Assembly (NCBI GenBank): GCA_051294375.1
Contig: CM119265.1
Coordinates: 17,649,377-17,713,376, forward strand
Reading direction: 5' to 3'
Length of the DNA: 64,000 nucleotides
Origin: Paraspadella gotoi
Lineage: Eukaryota > Animalia > Chaetognatha
Under the pieces are notes generated by a model that was not told the origin of the DNA, ran no database searches, and worked only from the letters and a program-made list of their open reading frames with translations. Below are positions 25,706 to 35,569 of the stretch, one piece after another; the stretch's first letter is position 1; each line of letters starts with the position of its first letter. Both the position numbers and the translations under genes were made by a program.

Positions 25706-26701
25706 NNNNNNNNNNNNNNNNNNNNNNNNNNNNNNNNNNNNNNNNNNNNNNNNNNNNNNNNNNNNNNNNNNNNNNNNNNNNNNNNNNNNNNNNNNNNNNN
25801 NNNNNNNNNNNNNNNNNNNNNNNNNNNNNNNNNNNNNNNNNNNNNNNNNNNNNNNNNNNNNNNNNNNNNNNNNNNNNNNNNNNNNNNNNNNNNNNNNNNN
25901 NNNNNNNNNNNNNNNNNNNNNNNNNNNNNNNNNNNNNNNNNNNNNNNNNNNNNNNNNNNNNNNNNNNNNNNNNNNNNCGGCCGGTCCAATCATTCACCGA
26001 GTGCCGGATCCTGCGGCCGACCGGAAGTTGAGAGAGGAAGAGGAGGAGGAGAAGGAGGAGGAAAGGAAAGGGCGCGAAAAAAAGATCCGGTCCCGGGAAT
26101 CGGGCCTCGAGCTCTCCACGGGCTCCAGAGAGAGAGAGAGAGAGAGAGAGTGAGAGAGAGAGAGAGAGAGAGAACGAACGAGCGACGGCGTACAAAAGGC
26201 GTCTCTGCCCGCTAATGACGTACGGCTTAGTCCGCCTGACCGCCAAATGACCAGATAAGAAGACGCGATCACGTGACCGAGCGGTCACGTGGACGCCTGA
26301 TCCTTCGCGGGCGCGGGGATGTCCCCTTTGAGCGCCTCTGTGCTCACCCTTTTAGGGACTGTTTTAATCGNNNNNNNNNNNNNNNNNNNNNNNNNNNNNN
26401 NNNNNNNNNNNNNNNNNNNNNNNNNNNNNNNNNNNNNNNNNNNNNNNNNNNNNNNNNNNNNNNNNNNNNNNNNNNNNNNNNNNNNNNNNNNNNNNNNNNN
26501 NNNNNNNNNNNNNNNNNNNNNNNNNNNNNNNNNNNNNNNNNNNNNNNNNNNNNNNNNNNNNNNNNNNNNNNNNNNNNNNNNNNNNNNNNNNNNNNNNNTC
26601 TCCGCGAAGAAGGGAGAATGGGTTAAGTGAAGTGGGAGCGAGACTTTTCTATTGAAAACCTCACGACGGCGGCTGTTTTTAGTTCACTCTTAAATAAATC
26701 G

Positions 26702-26838
26702 ATTATTGATTAAAAACGTCGAATTTGGGATCAAATGCAGTATATTTTTTTTCTTATTTTATTCTTTTATTATTTGGTTTTCAATTAAAAAAAAATATAC
26801 TGCACTTGATCCCAAATTCGACGTTTTTAATCAATAAT
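26702..26838. repeat. Short hairpin element: 51 bp inverted arms with one mismatch and a 35 bp AT spacer
   Basis: attattgattaaaaacgtcgaatttgggatcaaatgcagtatatttttttt ... aaaaaaaatatactgcacttgatcccaaattcgacgtttttaatcaataat. Confidence 0.9.
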
Positions 26839-27379
26839 TAAACAGTGCATGCGATGACTCTACAAACTCAAATCGATTATTTTTCGGTGAACTTTCTAAA
26901 ATTTCCAAAAAAGAAAAGAACAGCCAAGTGAACTAAATTTCGACTTCAAACGACGACAAGATCTTCAAAAATTACGGACGACGTCAGGAATTGTCAAGAA
27001 AAAAGAAGATTCGCGCCAAAGATCATTTTTCAGCATTCGCGCCATCTTGCAGCCGTCGGCGCCAACGACGAGGAAAACAAATGAACACGGAATTCCCGTC
27101 GACCCGTGGCTCGTCGCCGTCGCCGTCGCCCGTCGAGCCTCGAGGATGACAAATCACCGAGACTTCACTAATTTCAGATTCTCCCTCTTTTTTCCTTTAG
27201 TTTCACCCAAATTAAAAGTGAACGCCGCCTTTGCCGCCGTCGCCGTAGCTGTCCCCCTCGATTTTTCAACCCCATCTATCGGTAAATTGTTCTTAAACTT
27301 TCATGTTCGAACGAGATTAAATTAAGAAGAATTTATAAGTTGTGGAGAAAAGACTTGTTTGGAGATTTCTGTATGAAAT

Positions 27380-27470
27380 ACAGACCTTAAACCACCAAAG
27401 CCTTTCCAAAAGCAAGGTAGCTTATTTATTAAATTACTGGATAATCTTTATATTGGTTGTATATTGGGAA
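27380..27470 (+). repeat. Diverged copy of the ggccttaaacca dispersed repeat
   Basis: ccttaaaccaccaaagcctttccaaaagcaaggtagcttatttattaaatta aligns to 3606-3662 and 28532-28590. Confidence 0.75.
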
Positions 27471-27559
27471 CCTTGATTTTACCCTTTCAACCCCCAATCC
27501 CCAGTCCCCCAACTTTGTCAAGCTTGCCTCCAACAACCACCATTCCACCCCGATTTCTC

Positions 27560-27715
27560 TCGTGGGCGGGAAAAGGGGTCGCGCCTCTTTTATCTCAACT
27601 TTAAGTTTCAGTTTTGTTAATTACTTTCTTTTTCGGTCTTCCTCGAGCAAAGAAGAAGAACCGACCAATCATAGGACGAGAATTCGACGCCTTCGTCTCG
27701 AACACACCAATAGGA
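27560..27715. promoter_or_regulatory. E2F-like site plus two CCAAT boxes
   Basis: ggcgggaaa (~27565); CCAAT at 27665 and 27707. Confidence 0.35.
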
Positions 27716-28031
27716 AGACGAGAATTTCTTTTCGAGCTGGAGAGAGACGAGGCACCGCCGCGAGGCACAATTAATGTAGAATGCCGTTCATTTATCATAG
27801 AAGACAAGTCTTTGGAAGGGTGAGGGNNNNNNNNNNNNNNNNNNNNNNNNNNNNNNNNNNNNNNNNNNNNNNNNNNNNNNNNNNNNNNNNNNNNNNNNNN
27901 NNNNNNNNNNNNNNNNNNNNNNNNNNNNNNNNNNNNNNNNNNNNNNNNNNNNNNNNNNNNNNNNNNNNNNNNNNNNNNNNNNNNNNNNNNNNNNNNNNNN
28001 NNNNNNNNNNNNNNNNNNNNNNNNNNNNNNN

Positions 28032-28625
28032 AGATCATCAGAGTATTTTAACACTTTCGTAACAGTAGCTTCTTGTATTTTGATGTTATTGGGGAGTTCA
28101 ATATAGTATTTCTTGACATAATACCCCAGGGAGTGTTCGTTTTATACGATTGAAATAGTTCTTAAAAATATTAATCATTGATAGGGAAGCCAGGTACTCT
28201 GGATGTTGATTAACTAGAATGTGAGAGATTGAAAACTTGCAGGGNNNNNNNNNNTTGAATGTTTAATGTTTATAGTAAATTTAAGATCATCAGAGTATTT
28301 TAACACTTTCGTAACAGTTGCTTCTTGTATTTTGATGTTATTGGGGAGTTCAATATCGTATTTATTGACATAATACCCCAGGAAGTGGTCGTTTTATACG
28401 ATTGAAATAGTTCTTAAAAATATTAATCATTGATAGGGAAGCCAGGTACTCTGGATGTTGATTAACTAGACTGTGAGAGATTGAAAACTTGCAGGGCCCT
28501 AAAATGTTATTATCTTTAAGATGGATAGAGGCCTTAAACCACCATCGCCTGTCCAAAGTCAAGGGGCAAGAAAGCTTATTTTGTTGAATGAATGATTATA
28601 TTTATATTGGTTATACCAATTTCCC
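28032..28625 (+). repeat. Longest copy of a dispersed repeat family; 213 bp of it appears twice (28032-28244 and 28284-28496) either side of a 10-N gap
   Basis: The two 213 bp copies differ by ~6 substitutions with no visible indels. The core ggccttaaacca..gcctgtccaaagtca(a)ggggcaaga recurs at ~3604 (+), ~22110-22150 (-), ~27384 (+, diverged) and briefly at ~48410-48433 (-). Confidence 0.85.
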
Positions 28626-30053
28626 CATAGTTTTGAGATTCTACAAATTTTAGATTTAATGCTTCGGCCTGAATTTCCCAGCCACCTGTTGCCTTCTTAT
28701 CGGCTATCACATCCCCGCGGGCGATCGAGAGATCACCGCCCATTCACTTCAAGCTTTTCACAACTTCCTCTCTCACGAGTGAACAAAAGANNNNNNNNNN
28801 NNNNNNNNNNNNNNNNNNNNNNNNNNNNNNNNNNNNNNNNNNNNNNNNNNNNNNNNNNNNNNNNNNNNNNNNNNNNNNNNNNNNNNNNNNNNNNNNNNNN
28901 NNNNNNNNNNNNNNNNNNNNNNNNNNNNNNNNNNNNNNNNNNNNNNNNNNNNNNNNNNATCGCCTATCGCCACGCTTCGATCGTTCGGACCGATCGGCTT
29001 CGAGAAATCAGCCGATCGCCGATGTTTCCTCGATCTCAATTCTAAGAAAAGCGATCGACGATTCTTCTCCTTTTCGCTCTTCCGTCGAAGTGAAGCGATC
29101 GGGAGATAAATTCTTTATGGGAATAAGTTTTTTTTTGGTCGACTGTCGAATTAAGGTCAATGATGTTTCTATTAAAAACGATTTGTGCTATTAGATATTT
29201 TTCTGTAATTTTTGTTGCTTTTTTATCGCATAATTTTTTCAATTTTTGTACTGAAGTCTAAAGAGAGTTGTTTAATTTTCATTTAATAACTTCGTAATTT
29301 AGGTGGAATCGCCTGTGGGCAAAATAGACTAGGCGCCTTTTCAGTCGTCGTCGTCGTCGTCGAACAAAGAAAAAAGCGAACTCGGGGTCGGAACCGATCC
29401 CGTGATTTCCCGATCAGTCTTCGGCCCCGAGGGCGTCGTCGTCATCATCATCGTCGTCGTCATCGTCGTCGTCGGCGTCGCTGTGAGACCAATTAAAGGA
29501 AATTCAGTTGGCGGAATTTGCGCTGGAGGGAAAAAGAGGAAGGAATGAGACGGAGATCGGGTCGACGGTCCGAAGGGGACGAGGATTAAGGCGTGGGGGC
29601 GAGACTGGCGAGTGGCGGCGAGGGATGTGGATAGGAAGTGAATTCGTGAGACATTGGTAAGGAAGGTGGGGTATTTCAAGTTTCGAAATTCTGGTGCCCA
29701 AGAAAGTTAGACAAAAAAATACATCCTTTAGAATGAGCTAAAGAACAAAAAAAGAAATGATAAGTGATCTAAAAATAATACTTTTAAATTTTAAATTGTT
29801 TCGGTCATTACGAGTGAGAGATCGAAAAAAAGGCAATTCTCGTCAAGCGTCTAGTCATGCCTACTTGTTAGGTAGATTTTGCAGCTTGAGTTAATATCCT
29901 CTGCTCCCACATCACATTCTTCCACTCCTCAACTCCTCAACTCCTCAACTCTTCAACTCCTCAACTCCTCCCATCCTCCACCTCCGCCATCGATTCCATC
30001 GTCTCAAAGCCACCAATTATTTCACGACCCTGACTTTCTTCGCCGGGTCAATC

Positions 30054-30188
30054 CAGCGACGACCTCAAGCACCTACACCGACCGCAACGCCCTCTATAAA
30101 GTTCGCCGCCGACGCCGCTTACGACGCCGACCGAGTTGGCGCCGCCGTTGAAAAGCCGCTTAACGTTTTGACACTTCATGATCTCCTC
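30054..30188 (+). CDS. Candidate exon with weak resemblance to an annexin repeat start
   Basis: QRRPQAPTPTATPSIKFAADAAYDADRVGAAVEKPLNVLTLHDLL ends exactly at a phase-0 gtaagt (30189). The pattern resembles recalled annexin S(V/I)K...DAxxDAxx(I/V)xxA(I/V)..K...T(I/L)xx(I/L)L. Confidence 0.3.
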
Positions 30189-30296
30189 GTAAGTTACATT
30201 GATGGAATATTGTAAACTTTTAAAATTGTAATACAAGGTGAAACCTTAGACAATTATACAACGAATTATAGTTATAAACTACACTGGCAGAAAAAA

Positions 30297-32092
30297 AAAT
30301 TTAAAAATGTCATGTTGAAAATTGCAGAGAAAAAAATCGGTTATATGGTCAACGGATTGTTTAGATGGTTAAGGCTTATATATTGTAAAGAAGAGGGAAA
30401 TCAGCACGGGCCCCCTACCCTTAAACGCCACTTCGAAACCACACTACGATGTGTCTCGTTCCCGAAATCACGGACAAATGGAAAAAGCTTATGCTAAAAA
30501 CACGGACAGATACTCTCTTCCTTGTTCAGCGAAGTAAGTTATGACTCAATAAAACGATCGAAAATAACTTACCCTATCACCAACACCCATAAACGACTAG
30601 CTGTCATGCAATTAATTTATTTTTCTCTCTCTCTCTCTCTCTTCTCTTCTCTCTCTCTCTACTCCTCTCTCTCTCTCTCCTCTCTCCTCTCTCTACCTAA
30701 AAGACGTTAGCCGACCGGAGCGTTGACCGGGAAGCGGCCAGATGGGGATGGGGGGCGCTCTCATTGCCCTTTCGACCCCGAAGCTTTTTGTCGCGCATGG
30801 AAGGAGCAGAAAAGGACAGAAGTTAAAGAGAAAAGTAAATGGAAGGGAGGCTAGAACAGAAGAGCTGAAAGAGACCAGAATGAGAAGACAAATGAGGAAA
30901 AGCATGAGAGGAAAGAGATGAATGAGGAAGAGCATGAATGACAGGAAGCAGATTGAATAGCAGCCGTCGGGAAAGAGATTCGTCGGTGATTCGTAGTCCG
31001 GAAAATATATTTTAGAAAAGTTACTTTTTATTTATTGCTGTGATAAAATTTTTAGGTTGTAAAACCTTCCATGATGCTTCAACATTTTACCTTTTAAAAT
31101 TGTTCTATATGTTTATCTTCTTTTATTGGTGGTCCGTATCACCACCAGATGATAAATTAAAGCTTGCTCGCTTGCTTTCGCAGCGCGCCTCAGGTTGCTC
31201 AGTGGACTAGACTGCACACATCCCAATGTCTGCCGTCCCTGTGTCGAGCCTCTTGCAGGTTGTCATAGTAGAAAGTCGGGATGGCACCGGTGCTAACCCG
31301 CCTGTAGGCATGGGCCTGACTGCGCCCAGATTCCCAAAGCTTCAGGACTTACTTGATGAACATGCTTGTCTTCAGCTGGCGCCGATCCGCAAGGTAGCAC
31401 ACCGCTGCCGGGTGTGTGCGCCCTGTAAAAACCAGCCTCTTCAATGGTTGAGCCCGACCGCTCGATCCCGTAACACACGCCAACCCGAGGCCATGATAAT
31501 ACTCCTCTGGCCCTTGATGTGGTTTGAGCATACACAGCTCGCCACTCAAAGCAAGGCCACCCAGAATGAGAGAGGTGTGCAGCGAGAGACATGCGCTTCC
31601 ATCCCCCTGGCTTCGTACTCTCATATTGCGAGAGTCACTGTGGTGGCGGCTGTCTGCGTGGTCTCATCACCAACAGATAAAATTAAAGCTGTTGCTTTCG
31701 CAGCGCCCTCGGTAGGCTCAGTGGCTAATGCCCACCATCCCAAATAGTGCGTCCCTGCGTTCGCAGCCCTGAGGTTGTCATGTAGAAATGTGCGGATGGC
31801 ACCGGGATAAACCCGCCTCGCGCTGAGGCATGGTCCAACTAGCCAGCATCCAGCCAAAAGCTCTCGGACTACTTATGAACATGCTGTCTCGCTGTCGCCA
31901 CGACTGGCGTGACACGCTGCGGTGTGTGGCGCCTCTGGTAAATGATCCAGCCTCTTCCAAGTCTCTCTCTATTTATTGTTTAATTTTTATCTCATCTCTC
32001 TCTTTATTTATCTTAGTTTCGCCTCTCTCTCTGGCTTTCCAACCATACTCCATTCTACCTTCTTCTGTTAATCTCTCTCTCTCTCTCTAGTA

Positions 32093-32125
<33 letters not shown>

Positions 32126-33129
32126 ATCTCTCTCTCTCTCTCTCTCTCGTTCCTCTCTCTCTCTCTCATCTCTCCTCCCCTTCCACTTTCCTCCACGAGC
32201 TCCACCCCACCCTGCCTTAGTTGTTGGCGGCGCAGAAAAGGCCCCTCCGGGTGAAGGTCACCGTAGATTGGACACGACAAAATTCCACCCTACCTTCTCT
32301 CTATGCCCCCCCCCTCATCCGTAACCCCGGCACCCCCCGTACTGAATCACCCTCACAAAGGTTCACATGAAGTCTGCATGGAATTTTCCTGCAAAGTACA
32401 AATTATCAGAAACGAAGCGAAAACCGAAATCTGATTGGAATCGATATATCGAGATTTTCTTATGCCTTTTTTTTTCTTTTTTTGCGAGGGCGACGGATCT
32501 TNNNNNNNNNNNNNNNNNNNNNNNNNGAGAGAGAGCGAGAGAGATTACAAGAAGAAGGTAGATGGAGATGGTTGGAAAGCCAGAGAGAGAGCGAAACTAA
32601 GATAAATAAAGAGAGAGAGAGATAAAAATAAACATAAATAGAGAGAGATAAAAATAGAAAACAATTTTAAAGGGTAAAATGTTGAAGCTATGGAAGGTTT
32701 ACATCCTAAAATTTTATCACACAATAAATAAAAAGTAACTTTTCTAAAATATATTCCGACTACGAATCACCGACGAATCTCTTCCCGACGGCTCATTCAT
32801 CTCTTCCTCATTCATCTCTTCCTCATTCATCTCTTCCTCATTCATCTCTTCCTCTCATTTTCTCTTTTCTTTTCTTCTCTTTCCTCTTTTCTGTCCTTTT
32901 TCTGTCTCCTTTCCATCGCGACAAAAGCTTCGGGGTCAAAGGGCAAGAGGCGCCCCCTCCCCTCTGGCGCTTCCGGTCAACGCTCGTCGGCTAACGTCTT
33001 TTGAGAGAGAGAGAGAGAGAGAGAGANNNNNNNNNNNNNNNNNNNNNNNNNNNNNNNNNNNNNNNNNNNNNNNNNNNNNNNNNNNNNNNNNNNNNNNNNN
33101 NNNNNNNNNNNNNNNNNNNNNNNNNNNNN

Positions 33130-33162
<33 letters not shown>

Positions 33163-33457
33163 TAAATTATTCATCCTAGTCGTTTATGGTGTTGGTGATA
33201 GGGTAAGTTATTTCGTCGTTTATTGAGCATAACTTACTCGCTGAAAAGGAAGAGAGTATCTGTCCTTTTTTTAGCATAAGCTTTTTCCTTTGTCGTGATT
33301 TCGGGACGAGACAATCGAGATGTGGTTTTCGAAGTGGCGATTTAAGGGTAGGGGGCCCAGGCTGATTTCCCTCTTCTTAAATTATAAAGCCTAACCACTA
33401 AACATCCGTTGACCATTAACCGATTTTTTTTCTCATTTTCAACAGACATTTTTAATT
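30297..33457. repeat. Foldback duplication 3 (30297-32090 vs 32527-33457), left arm interrupted by 31128-31960
   Basis: gggccccctacccttaaacgccacttcgaaacc (~30407) mirrors ~33324-33358; ttttagaaaagttactttttatttattg (~31010) mirrors ~32722-32749; 31961-32080 mirrors 32535-32650. Confidence 0.92.
31128..31960. repeat. ~830 bp compositionally foreign insert made of ~1.6 direct copies of a ~530 bp unit
   Basis: atcacca..agata(a)aattaaagct..ttgctttcgcagcgc occurs at ~31138 and ~31666, and ggatggcaccgg at ~31279 and ~31794. No microsatellites and balanced base composition. Absent from the mirror arm. Confidence 0.85.
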
Positions 33458-34417
33458 CCTTTGTGGGCAACGAGGATTGAAATTGGGAGAGCGATCGTCG
33501 TCAAACGAAAAAGTTAGTAGGAATCTCTGAATATTGCAATAAACACGAAGAGATTGGCGCGTCGGAAGAAAATGTCAAACGAGAACAGAGGATGAGGAGA
33601 AAGAAGAGAATAAAGGGCGCGGTGAAATCCGTGATGGGGTGAAAGGATTCGTAGGTTGAGAAACGTGAGCGCCTAAGACGAAAGAGCCAATGGCAGGAAT
33701 AGGGAGAGGGTGGAGAGTCCTCACTGGGGCCGCTGGAGTGAAAGGACCGACGAGCGTCGGATGCAGAAACGAGTTTTTGGGTCTCTGGGGAAAGCGTCGT
33801 CGCGAAGGGCGAACGCGCCAGACGGAAGCGTCAAAAGTGAACGAGATAATCATCGCCGTTTTTGCGATGCTCTTCTTTTTCTCTTCCTCCTCCTCCTCGC
33901 CGTTCGCCTTTCGATTTCGCCACGCCCCTTCTCTATTCTCCGCCCACGCACTCGACAACCTTCCACCCAACGCCCTCCGCCCTGGATCTGGACTCAGTCG
34001 AGGTCAAGAGGTCAAAAACCGAGGTGAGGTCGGCGTCGTTTTTGTCGTCTTCGTTGACATGGCCGTTGCGGTCGGAGCCGCTCGTGCGCCAGGATCGGCG
34101 CCGCCCCTGCGCCGCGGTCATGCGGCTGCGTCGTCGTCGTTGTTGTTGTTGTCGTTGTTGTTGTTGTTGATGTTGTTGTCGTTGTTGTTGTTGTTGATTT
34201 GGTCTTCGGAAAAAAAAAAATTCGTTTTCGTCAGAAAAAAAGTGGTATAAATGGTTTTTGAATACGAAGTTACTAGTTAAACAGCAACCAGTGTGAAAGA
34301 AGGCAAACGTTTTAACTGTTTACTGTTGCAGTTGTTCCTTTTTTTGGTCGTTCCAATTTTGCCAAGTGGACGGGTCGGCCTTCTTTCCTCGTTTCGGGTT
34401 CGTGCCAGCTGCGGTTT

Positions 34418-34648
34418 TCCTTCTCTTTTCTCTCTGATGAATTTCATCCCTTAATTTTCTGTCCGCTAAACTCTCATTTTAATTTTAGAGAAAAATCAAC
34501 ATCGCGACGACGCGACGACGACGACGGCACGGACGACGACGACGACGGACGACCGACGCACGACGACATATCATAGACTTACGACAACGATGAGGTTTGC
34601 CTTTTTTTCTGTGTGGATTTTATAAATAGATATGAGCCTATGAAAAGG

Positions 34649-34679
<31 letters not shown>

Positions 34680-35449
34680 GTCCTCGTCCTTCTCCTCTCT
34701 CTCTTCTCTCTCTCTCTCCTCCTCGTCCCTCTCTCTCTCTCTCAATCTCTCCTCTCTCTCTCAAGGGTCCTCACATTAAGTATGGCTATAAAAACCCAAT
34801 TAACGGAATATGTACGGTAGATGGAATCGACGAGCCTCATGAAATCGCCACAGTCTCTGAGCCGGAAACGCGCCGCCGCCCCATCTTTCCGCCGGTCGGC
34901 CGACACAAAAAAGAGACATATGTCAGAACATTCTTTTTTTTCGTCTGTGGTGCATCGTCGTGTCGTCGTCGTCGTCGTCGTCGCCTGAAAAGCGTATAGC
35001 GGTTTGGTCAGCGTGACTGCTAATGGACTTACTGCCAACAAAGATAAGTGAGAGCCTCTGAAATGCGACACAAAGGCCGCGAGAGCCAGGGATGAAAGGG
35101 AGAGAGGCGACGAGAGACGAGAGAGAGGAGAGAGGAGAGGAAGAGAAGAGAGAGAGAAGCGAGAGAGAGAGCAGGAGAGAGAGAGAGATGAGGGGTGGAT
35201 TGACTCGCCAGGGCCCGGTCAATGGCTAAAAGAGGAGAGTAAGAGAGAGTTATAAGAAAGAGAAGGATTAAGATAGAGAGAGAGAGAGAGAGATGAGAGA
35301 GAGACGAACGAGAGAGAGAGAGAGAGAGACCATCGAGAGAAGAAGAGAGAGAGGGAGAGAGAGAAGAGAGGAAAAGTCAGCTTGTAAAGAGCAGCAAGAG
35401 AATAAGAGAAAAGGGATCCTAATGNNNNNNNNNNNNNNNNNNNNNNNNN

Positions 35450-35486
<37 letters not shown>

Positions 35487-35569
35487 ATGTTATTTTTTCT
35501 CTAAAAATTAAAATGAAGTTTACGAGAGAAAATTAGGGAATGAAATTCATCAGAGAGAAAAGAGAAGGA
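34418..35569. repeat. Inverted duplication 4 (34418-34565 vs 35450-35569; right arm runs into an N gap)
   Basis: tccttctcttttctctctgatgaatttcat (34418) is the reverse complement of atgaaattcatcagagagaaaagagaagga (ending 35569). The match continues through to the (CGA)n/(TCG)n tracts. Confidence 0.85.

Noticed and set aside
28032-28075. Hammerhead-like cores on the minus strand (GAAA...CTGATGA)
   Set aside because: A stem III-like hairpin is present, but CTGATGA follows directly with no room for stem I and no convincing stem II.
32165-32230. Possible degraded PacBio hairpin adapter near the centre of foldback 3
   Set aside because: The resemblance (atctctc..ttcctcc..gttgttg) is too weak in a CT-rich context to call.
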